DNA of 64,000 nt from Octopus sinensis (taxonomy: Eukaryota), in contig NC_043004.1 of the NCBI RefSeq assembly GCF_006345805.1, positions 77,810,001-77,874,000 on the forward strand, read 5' to 3'. Below are positions 10,801-24,600 of the stretch, piece after piece. The position numbers were made by a program, and so were the translations under genes. A model generated the notes under the pieces. It was given only the letters and a program-made list of their open reading frames with translations, had not been told where the DNA came from and ran no database searches. Each line of letters begins with the position of its first letter. Within the stretch, counting starts at the first letter, position 1.

Positions 10801-13800
10801 CAAACACACAGACAAGTGATTAACCTTTATTATATATATGTACATTTGAATGAAGCAGGTAACAGCTAGCTTTTGGCTGCTATTTGGACCCTGTTGTGTC
10901 CACTACTCTGATTGGTTGGTATTGGCACAATTTGTCTCTTACTCTGTTGCATCAATACCAACCAATCAGAGTAGTGGACACAATGGGGCTCAAATAGCAG
11001 CCAAAGGCTAGCTGTTACCTGCTACGTTGTAATGTATGTATATATAATAAAAGGGAGAGAAATTTCACTTGAGTGTGTGCTACAACATCAACGCCAGTTC
11101 TCAACTGGTACTTAATTTATTGATCCCAAATGGATAAAAGGTAGCGTTGACTCTGGTGGCATTTGAACTCAGAACCTCAAGACAGACAAAATACTGTTAA
11201 GCATTTTGCCCAGCATACTATCGATTCTGCCAGCTCGCTGCCTTAATAATAAACCTTTATACTAAAGGCACAAGGCCTAAAACTTTGGGGGAGGGAACTA
11301 GTCGATTATGTTGACCCCAGTGTTTCACTGGTATTTAATTTATCAACCCTGAAAGGATGAAAGGTAAAGTCAACTTTGGCGGAATTTGAACTCAGAACGT
11401 AAAGCTGGACAAAATGCCAGCAAGCATTTTGCCTGTTGTGCTAACAATTCTGCCAGCTCACCACCCTAATATTAATAATAATGGCTTCAGATTTTGGTAC
11501 AAGGCCAGAAATTTCGGGGGAAGGAGTAAGTGAATTATATCAACTCCAGTCCTCAACTGGTACTTATTTTATCAGCCCTGAAAGGATGAAAGGCTAAGTC
11601 AACCTTGGCAGAATTTGAACTCGGAATGTCAAAATGGATGAAATGCTGCTAAGCATTTTGCCCAGAATGCTAATGATTCTGCCATCTTGCTACCTTAATA
11701 ATAATAATATGTTGAATTATAATTCATACGTATCCCATATTTCCTGATACTCATGGTGGTAAAATTATACTTCCAAACTTGCCTTTCATATGATAGGTAA
11801 CATTTTAGTATAGTTACTAAAATATCAATATTTCTCACTAGTTACCAACAACACTAGCAAACAGCAATAACAATTATGGTGAGAACAGTTGCTATGACAA
11901 CGGTTCTATCATTCTTCTTGCTATGGAACAAAACAACAATAAAAGGGAGATATTTATCAGGTTTTTATTCCCGGCAACACCAACAATAACAACAGGAAGA
12001 ACGACACTCACGGATCTGTTTCTGAATCACTTTGGTTTCGACTGCTGCTGTTGCTACCTTTCTGGCGCCTTGCCCTTAACTGTGCCAAGAATTCTGACTC
12101 TTGGTCTAACCGCCGTTTCACTTCATCTCTCCAACCATCAACATCGTCTGATGTGTGGGTGGGGTAATAAGCCTCGATATCCAAATTACCTTCAAAATAG
12201 AAGCATTCATTGACAGAATATTAAAGATGTTTAGTCTATAGTGCCAAAAACTTGTTTGGTAAATATTATTCATTGAACCAAAGAAAAACAAGTAAAAACT
12301 TTCAATTAAACTAAATGGTTAACAATTGCCATCATCATGATGTCTGCTTTCCCATACCTGCATGGGTCAGAGGGAAATTCATTGAGGCAGATTTGCTGCA
12401 GCTGGGTGCCTTTCCTGCCTCCAATCCTTGACTGTTTCCAAGCAAAGTAATATCTTCCCTTAGCTGGACATGTTTTTCATGACAGTGATATTCAACGACA
12501 ATTGTCAGCTGATGTGAAGATGAGACAAACACACACATATCATCATCATCACTTAATGTTCTTTTTTTCTATGCTGGCATGGGTTGGACAGTTTCACAAG
12601 AACAGATGAACCAGAGGGCTCTGCCAGGTTCAATGTCTGTTTTGGCATGGTTTCTACAGGTGATTGCCTTTCCTAATGCCAACCACTTCATATAGGGTAG
12701 TGGGTGCTTTTTACATGACACCAGCAAGGTCACCAAATATCCACAAGATATATATATATGTGTGTGTGTATGTGTCCATATTTATGTGCATATATGTGTG
12801 TGTGTATATATATATATACACACATAGATGTTGAGTTCTTTCAATTTCCATCTACCAAATCCAATCAGAAGATACTTGCCCAAGGTGCCATGCAGTGGGA
12901 CAGAACCTGAAACCATATGGTTGGAAAACAAACTTCTATTACCACACAGCCATGCCTGCACCTATATGAATTGAATTACAAAAGCATAACATTTTTAGTG
13001 CAAAAACATTTAATGTAATAATTCCTTAATGGCAAATATATTCTTTGCAAAAATGTTTGTTTCCATGAATTCTCCTTGATCTCTAATTTCAAAACAAGCA
13101 CCGAATTGGCAACTGAACTGAACCATAGATACCATGACCTGACTCTCTTTTACATTCTGACTGGTTGTTCTGAAACATGATTACTTGTTACATGTCACTC
13201 AGTCTCTCTTGTCTGTCTGTGTCTGCCACTGTGACCAGCAGACAACCTCTTACTCCAACTCACTCACTATCGCTTCTATTTCTCTTTACAGAGTCTTTCA
13301 CATTGGCCATTACACAGCCTTTGTCATCTGATAGCCTCTGTATTTCATACTCTCATTAGCATGGTAAAAACAGCAAAAAAAGAAAAGTAAAGACGAGACT
13401 TGCTCTTTTATATAAAGAGGCACAGAAAAAAAAACAAAAAAACAACTCACCTGAGGCAGCCAAAGTTCCCAGAGCACTACTTTCATCTTCACTGCCACTG
13501 CCTTCTGGAAATGGTAAAATCAATAAAGGAATTAACCAAAGAATCAAACTGACATTAAAATTACTTTCTGGGAAAAGAAAAACAAAAAAAAAAAAGGTCT
13601 TTTACTATATTCTCTGTGTGAACTTTGGTGTGTGTTTATGTATATATATATATAGAAAGACAGACAGACACACAGAAAGGTATGGTGGTCACAGCTGCAA
13701 AATTTTTGATTCTGGGTCTGCTCTGTCATGGCTAATATAGCACCAAAGAACACAACATTGGCAGATGACTATATTCTGGCTGTGCAGTGCATTGCCATAT

Positions 13801-16800
13801 CTTCTAGGTTTCTGCCATTCTGTGTTGAAACACTATTTTAGCACGACCAAAATATAGCCATCTGCAAATGATGTGTTCTTTAGCCCCGGGTTAGCCACAA
13901 CAGAGCAGACCAACAATCAAAAACCTTCCAGCTGTGACCAGCGTATCTATTTTTCTTTGTTTTGAGGGAGATTTGGCTGCTATTTCTGATAAAGTGATCC
14001 AAACAATAAAGGGTTAAACGTCCCATTTTCCATGCTTGCAGGGTCAGATGGAATTTACTGAGGTACATTTTCTACAGCTGGATGCCTTTCCTGTTGCTAA
14101 CCCTCACCTGTTTCCAAGTTAGATAATATTTCCCCCGTGACCAAACAGGTTTTCATGGAAGACTAGAAACAAGGGACATGGCTTGTATAATGTCAACCAT
14201 TTATAACCATTGCCTGATGCCAAGACAAAGAGACATACACACACAATGCCGTTATATATAAATATATGACAGGCTTCTTTCAGTTTCCATCAACCAAATC
14301 CACTCAAGGCATTGGTTGGTTCAGGATTAAACTAGAAAAGATTTGTTCAAGGTACCATGTAGTGGGACTGAACTCAAAACCAAGTGGTTGGGAAGCAAAC
14401 TTCTTAACCACACAGCCATGTGTGTGGTTATACTAATGGGATATGTTGTATGTCCATCATTATTTTCCCCACCCAACACAAGAAAGTGGCTCTGTATGGG
14501 TTATTTGAGCTATAGGATCATAATACTATATATAAATATATGACAGGCTTCTTTCAGTTTCCATCTACCAAATCCACTCAAGGCATTGGTTGGTTCAGGA
14601 TTAAACTAGAAAAGATTTGTTCAAGGTACCATGTAGTGGTACCTTTTGAAAATAAAACACCCTTTTCTTTGGTATGTGTGGGGAGGGTCAGTCAAAGCCT
14701 TAATTATATGGAAATATACAGGGTTATTTAATCAACTGGAATGGTTTATAAGGCAGTCTCTCTTCTATATTTATTGCAGAATCTATTGCAGCCCCTGGGG
14801 GTCCATGTGTGATGCTAGAGTAGAGCACTTGGAAACCAAATGAAGAGAGGATAAGAATTCTTCATCAACCTCTGCAGCTGTTATTCGAGGTCATTTTCAG
14901 TACCCTCAGTGGCACAGGACCTACCTGTCTTGAATCGGTCTGGTCAGCCATATCTGCTCCTTTAAGAGACAATGTACTGAAGGTGGAGGACAATGACTGC
15001 CTTGGATCAACGCTGTCATCATAAACATAAGCAAGCAGGCATCGAAATATCTATACAACTACCACAAAGGAGAAGATTAACTCTTGGGTGTTTATATACA
15101 TGTGCAGGCACGTGGCTTCGTGGTTAGGGTGTTGGACTCGTGATTGTAAGATTGTGGTCCCGATTCCCAGATCAGGCAACGCATTGTGCTCTTGAGCAAG
15201 ATACTTTCTCATTGCTCCAGTTCATTCAGCTGGCAAAAACGAGTCATCCTGTGAGGGACTGGTGTCCTGTCCAAGTGGGGAATGCACACATGCCATGGAA
15301 ATTGGGAAAACAGCCCTTAAGAGTTGGCATCACTCACACAGGTAACTTTACCTTTACCTATACATGTCCCAACATCATAATGTCCATCCCTCCCACCCCG
15401 CCACTACGAATATCTATAGATGTATTCATCTTAAATTTTTGTTACTTGATTTCAGTCGTTAGACTGTGGCCATGCTGGGGCACTGCCTTGAAGAAGTTTT
15501 AGTTAAATATATCAATGCCAGTATTATTTTTGTGTAAAGCCTGGTACATATTATATTGGTCTCTTTTGCCGAATGCTAAGTTACAGGGACCTGAACACAC
15601 CAACACCGATTGTTTGGTGGTGGCAGCAAACAAACACAGACACACACATATATATATATGTATGTTTATATATACGATGGGTTTCTTCAAGTTTCCGTCT
15701 ACCAAACCCAGTCACAAGACTTTGGTTGGCCTGAGGCTATAGTAGAAGACACCCAAGGTGCCATGCAGTGGGACTGAACCTGGATCCATGTGGTTGGGAA
15801 GTAAGCTTCGTACCACACAGTCATGCTTGTGCTTGTTTTGGACATTCTGACTTGAGAATGTAAGAGCCAACCAAGTTACAATAACAATTAAGACAACACA
15901 CTGTATCTATGAGGTTTTTACCCCAAATACACACACACATTTTGACATATACACATACATGTATAGACATACAAACACACACACATATCCATGTATACAT
16001 ACACGTGTGTGTGTGTGTGTGTGTGTGTATGTATATATGCATGCATGCATACATGTACATCCAAAGAGATGGTGGTTTAGGAAAGAGAGAGAAAAACTAA
16101 CTGAATAGTTAGCTGAGCTGTCACATAGATATTCGATTGCGTAGTTTCTCTTTCAAACTGTTTAAGTGATTAAAACACTAAAAACTATCTGATAAGACAC
16201 TTAGGGAAGTTGACAATCCGACAAAGTGTGGTGGGTGCGGGGATTTTTGAGATAAACATTTCAAATGGTGCTTTGACATTTTCTCAAAACTGTCAGCTAT
16301 TCTTGGATAAAGAATCGGTGCTTCTAAAGTCCAAAGCCTGATATCAAAAGTCCTCACCAATTATCAGTTGCTATAGAAATAATATTCTACTTGACATTTA
16401 ATACCTAAAAATCTATGTGTTTCTGGTTCTATTATGCAAAATCAATGTCAATATTGATGTGAATTACAAATAAATAATAATTCTTTTATTTGCTTCAGCC
16501 ATGCTGGAGCACCACCTTTAGTCAAACAAATCGACCCCAGGACTTATTCTTTGTAAGCCAAGTACTTATTCTATCAGCCTCTTTTGCTGAACTGCTAAGT
16601 TATGGGGATGTAAACACACCAATATCAGTTGTCAAGCGATGGTGGATGGTGGGGGGACCAATGCACAAGCACACACACGCACATATATATATATGATAGG
16701 CTTCTTTCAGTTTCCATCTACCAAATCCACTAACAAGGCTCTGGTCGGCCCAAGGTTATAGTAGAAGACACTTGCTCAAGGTGCCACGCAGTGAGATTGA

Positions 16801-19800
16801 ACCCGGAACCATGTGGTTGGTAAGCAAGCTACTTACCACACAGCCATGCCTGTGCCTAATAATATTTATTCACAAAACATCACATTCTCACCATTTGTTT
16901 GTTTTTATTTCCTTGTTGACCGAATTCATATTACAAGAGACTCACTATTATCTTTGAGTTTTATTTTGTCAACAACACCTTAATATCAACACATCTTTTA
17001 TCTTTCCTTTACCTGTTTCAGTCATCAGACTGTGGCCATTCTGGAGCAATGCCTTCAAAGGTTTTTGTTGAGAGAGATCAACCCCAGTACTCATTTTCCT
17101 AAGTCCGGTACTTATTCTAACGGTCCCTTTTGTCAAACCGCTAAGTAACAGGGTCATTAACAAACCAACACTGGTTGACAAGTGGCAGTGAGGGAAAAAC
17201 ACAAACACACACACACACACATGAAAGGCTTCCACATAGTTTCCACTGACCAAATTTAATCACAAGGCATTGATCGATCTAGGACTATAAAAAATAAAGT
17301 TGCCTAACTTGGTGCACAGTAGGATTGAAACTACATCCACATGGTTACAAAGAAAGCTTGTTAACCACAGTGATGCCTTTACTTATTTGATAATCATAAA
17401 TACAATTTTTTAAAAATAGTTTTCACTATTTTTATACCAACCTGTCTGATCATCTCCCTTACAGGTTCCGTATACAAACTGTCTGCTTTAAACGGATTTG
17501 AATTAAAATCTTTGAAAATTTTCGGATTATTTCAAATTTAATTCATGTCTCAAATGTCAGAAAAACTTCTGTTTTGGCGTTCATAGTTATTTTTACATCT
17601 GATCAACAATGATTCAGGTTGAATTCTTGGGTAGGTGGTTAGTGTTTGGGACCTCACATGATAGAAACATTTCCGTGGTCCCAGCAGACAAAATGGAAAA
17701 GGCATTGACCTAGAGGGATCGCATTTGCAGACAGCCATCTCCACCCCAATCTCCATATTGTAAAATCTCAAATACCATGTTTATAAAGACTAAGCAGTTT
17801 TGTCAAATTCTGTACCGTTTCCCAGAGAAATATGTTAACAAAAGAGGTTAAAGACAGCAGTATTTTTTTATTCTTTCACTTGCTTCAGTCATTTGACTGT
17901 GGCCATGCTGGAGCACCACCTTTAGTCGAACAAATTGACCCCAGGACTTATTCTTTGTAAGCTTAGTACTTCTTCTATCGGTCTCTTTTGCTGAACCACT
18001 AAGTTACAGGGACGTAAACAAATCAACATCAGTTGTCAAGCAATAGAGTGGGGGAACAAACACAGACACACAAATACATATATCTATGTATTCCTATATA
18101 TATATATATACATACATGATGGCTTCTTTCAGTTTCCATAAGGCTTTTGTCGGCCCAAGGCTATAGTGGAAGACACTTCCCCAAGGTGCCACACAGTGGG
18201 ACTGAACCTGGAAGCATGTGGTTGAGAAGCAAGCTTCTTATCACACAGCCACTCTTTTAACCCTTTTCATACCAATCCACCTGGACCACCCCTGGTTCTA
18301 TGATACAAATCACCTGTTTTAAAGGATCTAAATCTAAACCTTCCATCAGAATTTCAAGGTAATTTATATCCCAAACAAGGTGGAAAATTGGCGGAATCGT
18401 TAGCACATTGGCCAAAATGCTTAACAACATTTCATCTATCTTTACATCCCAAGTTCAAATTCTGCTGAGGCCGATTTTGCCTTTCATCTTTTAAGGGTCA
18501 ATAAAATAAGTACCAGTTGAAAAACTGGGGTCGATGTAATTGACTGACCCCCCCACTCTCCCTTAAACTTGCTGGCCTTGTGCCAAAATTTGAAACCAAT
18601 TTATGTCCCAAACTCCAGTTTAATAATGCCAGTTACTTTAATAAATTCTTCATTATTTTTGAAATTAATTAAAACCAAGTCAGTGTATTTCAGTAGAAAT
18701 ATGGTAAAGAAAAAGGGTTAATGGAAAGAACATTCCGTCACATAGTATCTAAATTACAATAGTACCTGAATTCAGTTCTTTGACAAGAGACGACATTGCA
18801 TTTGTAACAGAGTCCGCTGCTACTAGAAGATCATTTCGCAAATTCCGTACATTGGGAGAGCCTGCAGTGGAGACCTGGCTGAAAGCCTGCCTGATATCTC
18901 CACCGATTCCCAGACCAGTGAGAGCATCCATCGGCGTGCTGGGGGAGCTGCCTTTACTCGGCACGGCCGCTATTGGGGAGTGACCCCCTCCGCGGGACCG
19001 TGGACTGCTGTTCGGAGTGGAACGCGGGGAACTGTGATTCTGAAGATTTAGAAAAGAAAATAAAAAAATAAAACAAACAATAAATGATGTTTCTGTGGTA
19101 ACTGTTTATAAATTCATTATTTACATTTGACAGATATTTGTTCTCATCTTGTTTGTTGTTAACATGTTTCAATTGGTTCGTAACATCTGCAAGTCATGGC
19201 TTTTGCATTGCTTCAACAGTTTCACGTATTTGATGAGATTTTTCTTATGAGCAATATGTTTTCCTTAGGGCAGTCAGCTCTCACATGATATACACATATA
19301 TAAAATACACACACATACATATGAATATGTTAATGTTAGGTTTTATATGAAGTTGTATATAATTTGATATTACATTGAAGTGCCTTTTAGTAGAGTACAT
19401 ATTAACTTTTACAAAAAAAGGGTTGACAGTAACTTGAAAGTTACAATCTGATGATGGTGAACAAGTGAAAACTTTGAAGTCGCTGTCAATTTTTTCCTCA
19501 TAAAAATTAGTGAAACATATCTCCTAATGAGCATAGTGTTTTTATATATTTGTATATATATATATATTTGTTCAGAATCACGCCAGACACAGTGAATGAG
19601 AAGTAGTGAGAGTAATAGCCCGGACTGAGAGAAAGTAATAGCAATGAAAGAACGGAAGAGGTGATAGATGAATAAGGAAGGAAGAGGCGAAAAAAATCAA
19701 CGTTTCAACTCTGTATGCGTTTAGAAGGGAAATATGTGAATGTTTGTGTGATTATTATGTACCCTACTTATATATAAAATACAACAATTAGCCATCATTA

Positions 19801-21633
19801 CTGAAGCAGAATAAAACACCCCCAAACTGTTACTCAGAGTTTCATGTAACCAAACCAAACAGTTGTGAGTATTTGAAATAAAATACAACTAACTCTGAGT
19901 AACACTTTGTGAAATCTTTTTCAGTTTCAATAAAATAGTATTTTACTCTACCTCTGGTAGTCGAGTACCATTTTGTCTCCACCTTATTTTCCACCTGTGT
20001 ATGTGTGAAATTCAGTAGTCTCCAATGAACTTCTTACCTTTAATAATTTCATTAACCCTTCCAGCTGAACCATCAGTTCCTTCCGACTTTCCTGCAATGA
20101 TTGCATCCGAGCCTCAAGTTCATCCTTCCGTTGCCGCAGTAACCTCAACTCCGCCAGTAATGTGGGGTCATACTGAACTTCCATGTTTTTGGCATTTGCT
20201 TCTTGTTCCATGCGTAAGCGCTGAATCTCACGCATAATCTCCCTAAAAGCAGAAGCAACAACAGAATGAGCAGCAGAAAAAAACCAAAATAATACAACTG
20301 ACAAATATCTCACACTGATTCCAGTCTAGAAAATTATGGTCAACACTAGATTTTGTTGTTTCTACTCTTTATCCCCAGGCTACCCTGGTTGAGTAGAGGA
20401 GATCAAAGATATTTGTCTTAACCCTATAGCATTCAGATTATTCCATCAAATGTAATGTTTATTTATTACCTCCACCTTCGCTGAGGCAGAGGTATTGTTT
20501 TCAGTCACATTTGTTTGTTTGTTTGTCCGTGGACAAGATATCTCAAGAACCACTGGGTGGATTCGGATGAAACTTTCAGGAATGTTTGACCCCATGACTG
20601 GCATGAACTGATTAGATTTTGGGGTTGATCTGATGCTGGACAAGGATTCTGGATTATTTTCCCTATTTTTTACTTAATTTTTGAGAGCGGTCAGGTTCAT
20701 TTTTAGTATTCGTTTGTGAGAGCAGTTGAGTTTACTTCAGATATTCTCATTTAAAAAAAAAAAAATCATCTCTGGCTAATTGTTGAGAGGACATTGGTGT
20801 TGCCTTGGTTTGCAATGATATGATTGTTTATTTCTACAATGACATTGCAGGGTAGGTGTGAGAGGCTTGATCTGGTCAATAGGTAGAATATTTTGTCTGG
20901 ACATGGCTGTTTTAAATGCTAAAGAGTTATACTGTTGATATATTCTAATAACAACTGATAAAAATATTGGGTGGCTCGTTGGTTGGTTGGTAGTGCCAAT
21001 CACACTGTCCATTGAATATAGAGAAGAGAAGTTGCAAGAGTTGAAGAGAAATACGGGGAGTTCACATAAGAGCTGCTGTAAGTGTATACAATAACAGCAC
21101 TTATATTAAATATGTGAAATTGTAGTTGTGGCCAATGGTGGTGTCACATAAAGAGCACCTTTTGAAAGCTGGGCCTCACAGAGGTGATGACAAGTGACTG
21201 AGACCACTAGTGATATGTCATGCTTGAGAAGACTTGCCAAGCCAAGCGAAATCATCATTGTAGCCGACCCATACCAGTGGCACATAAAAAGCATCTACTT
21301 ACACTCTTGGAGTTCTTGGCATCAGGAAGGGCATCCGGTCATAGAAACAATGCAAAATCAGACAGGAACTTAATGCAGCTTACCAATTTCAGTCTAAGCC
21401 ATGCCAGCATGGAAAGCTGGCATGGGAAAGATGCTAAACAATGATGATGATATATAAATTTACATATCTATCTTACCCATGCTAGCCTTGAAAGGGGAGA
21501 TAACTATTATGCAAATTTCTAAATTAGCTGGCATAGCCAACCCATTCAAACATGGTAATATAATTAATGGACACTAAAATGTACAGAGACACCTGAAAAG
21601 TAAACCTAGAATTTATTATTATTATTATTATTA

Positions 21634-21679
<46 letters not shown>

Positions 21680-24600
21680 GTGTTGTAGCCACATAGATAA
21701 AATTATAAAATGAAGAAAATAAAAGAAAGTAAAATTTACACAATTTTTATGGAAATAAAGAAGTAATAAAAGCTTGATGTGTTTTTGAAATCCATTTTCT
21801 GTGTGTTTCCGTTCGTGGTGTTATGGAATAATGTAAAAATAGATAAAAATAATAATGGGAAAATAACAAGGAGAAAATATATATTATGAGGACATATTTT
21901 TTTTAATGATTGCCTTAAAAATCAATAATTTTTAGGGCTTTTTTTTTATTGTTTATGTTGCTTTTTGTAAATCTCTGCCATAGCTTGCTGTAGTTGGAGG
22001 AAGAAAAAAATAATCTAGGCCAACAAACAGGATTATCCACCGAATTACAACGGGAATAGATTCTTAGTGTTTGTGTGTTGGGCTGTTGTTCAACAGTCTA
22101 TCATATTTCCAAAGTTAAAAAACATTAGCAGCTCAATGCTCGTTATATAACTACAGTAATTAAATATAAACAAGAGATGTGGAATGATTGCGGTCATATT
22201 GGTACTAATCTAACTGACATCGTGGAGCTTAGGTCTTTTGCCAGTCTGGGAATCGAAACTGCATTCTTACGACCGCGAGTCTGCTGCCCTAACCACTGGG
22301 CCATTGCGCCTCCACATCGCTGACGCATCATTCTAACCACTAGTTGATGCATCCTCACTACAGACATACATATGACACCTTAAAGTAATTCTCAAAATAT
22401 CACAGAAGGAAAATCTAAGTTTATTTCGGTGGGATTTAAACTCAATCGACAGACATTCTGAGCAAATACCACAAAGTATTCTATGCATCTTTCTAAGCAC
22501 TATGTTAATTCACCATATTTTACTACATTAAGAAGTCATGTGGTTTCAGATTTGCCCCTCACTGCAGCACCTTAGGCACGTTCCTTCAACCATTACTTCA
22601 GTTGATGAATTCCTTTGGTAGAATTTGCTGTGGAATATCTGTACAGATACCCATCATACACACACACGCATATAGATATATTTGTTAAGGTTATCCCTGT
22701 AGATAGTCTTTAGAATATGTGTAGGGATAACCTTAACGAGTAATGTAATAAGCACTGCTAACACAGAAGAACAGCATTGACTTTACAGCTGCATAATGAA
22801 ATACCTGTTTCTTTATTACCCACAAGGGGACAAACAAGGACAGACAAAGGGATTAAGTTGATTATATCAACCCCAGTGCATAACTGTTACTTAATTTATC
22901 GACCCCGAAATGATGAAGGGCAAAGTCAACCTCGGTGGAATTTGAACTCAGAACGCACAGGTGGACGAAATACCACAAAGCATTTCGCCTGGCATGCTAA
23001 CATCTCTGCCAGCTCGCCGCCTTAATGAAATACCATGTACCAACAAGCCGTTCATATATATGTATTTGCGTTTGTATACCCATGACCTGACATCACATGA
23101 TGGTTGTAAACGAACATCACTGTCATACAAGTGAGGTTGTTCATTTCCAGTCTCCAGTGCAAATCATGCCTGGCCTTGAGGAAATACTACATTGCTCGGA
23201 AACAGATGATCATCGGTAACAAGTCATAGAAAACTGCCACAGCAAATTCCATCTGATCCATGAATGCATGGAAAATTAAGGGTTAAATGATAATGATGGT
23301 GGTGAGTCCAAAAACTGATGCCAAGCTACAAACCTTTGACCTTTGATAAGACACCTGATGGCTAATCAATCTGGACAAGTGTGACTTCAGATAGATAAAA
23401 TGTACGAAGCAAAACTGTTCCCCTCTAAAACTAATTAAGTCACATCTTTCACTCTCTAATTACAGTAACAACACACCAATATACAACGGCATCGATGTGG
23501 TTCTCTGCTGACTCAAACTCAAATATTCTGGTTAATGGGAAAAGTAATAAAAGTGCTTTTACTTTGTAGTTTATCTCAGCGCCATAAAGGTTTCATTTGA
23601 ACTGAGAAAACATTCAGAGAATCTCCATAAATCCGGCAGAATTGCCACATCAAAAAATGTGGGAATCTATAAGAATGCTTCTAATTACAAAATAAATAAA
23701 TAATAACATTTTATTTATTTATTTTGTGTTTTATTTTTGCCTGATTGCAGAAAATTCTGACTGATGTAACTTGCAAAACAAACTCTCACACACAATTTAC
23801 ACACACACATGTAAACATAAATGTATAAACACACACATACATACATACATAAATAAATGGACACACACAAACATACATTTGCATCATCAATTCCTGCAAC
23901 AATCTAAATTTCCAGAAAACTATTTAATTCCATGTCAGGTTGATGTTCTTTATTCTATATGTAGATATAAACTTCTTTAGAAAGAAGCAAACAGCAGAAA
24001 TAATTCCATAAATATTTTAATTAATCTACTAATTATTATTCAGATGTTTATTTTTGTTGTTTTACTTCTGAATTCACAAGAGTACCTCAAGGTATATTAA
24101 AGCCTTTCATCTGATTTCTTCACATCATGACTCCATTATGGTCTTTGGGATTTACTGAAAAGCATAGGTGCAGGCTTGGCTGTATGGTTAAGAAGTTTGC
24201 TTCCCAACCATGTGGTTTCAGGTTCAATCCTACACTGGCACCTTGTGCAAGTGTCTTCTATTACAGTCCTGGGCCCATCAAACCCTTGTATTTGGTAGAT
24301 GAAAACTAAAAAAAGCCCCTTCTGTGAAGGTTTACAATCTGAGCCATAAGTGGTGATATCATCATTTCTAGTTGAGATGTAAACAGTGATGTCACTATTT
24401 GTGGCTGCAAATGGTGACATCTATTGACATTCCTGTCAAGAAATCATCCATCAGCTCTGCACTTTCAAATTCCCATGGAATAAAAAGAAATTCCCTTTTG
24501 AGAAAGGTGATGGCAACAAGAAGAGCATTCAGCTGTAAAAATCCTGCCTCAAATATTTCCCCATCAAACCCATACTGCCATGGAAAAATAGACATTAAAC

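Noticed and set aside
17464-17511. Possible exon [16 protein letters not shown] with CT|GTAAGG donor
   Set aside because: Weak acceptor, and it ends in phase 0, which is incompatible with the phase-1 downstream exons. No homology.
22684-22737. 15-bp-arm hairpin GTTAAGGTTATCCCT...AGGGATAACCTTAAC (and a 13-bp inverted pair at about 25520/25705)
   Set aside because: Real but single-copy here and too short to classify. Probably MITE relics. Not terminators in a eukaryotic intron.
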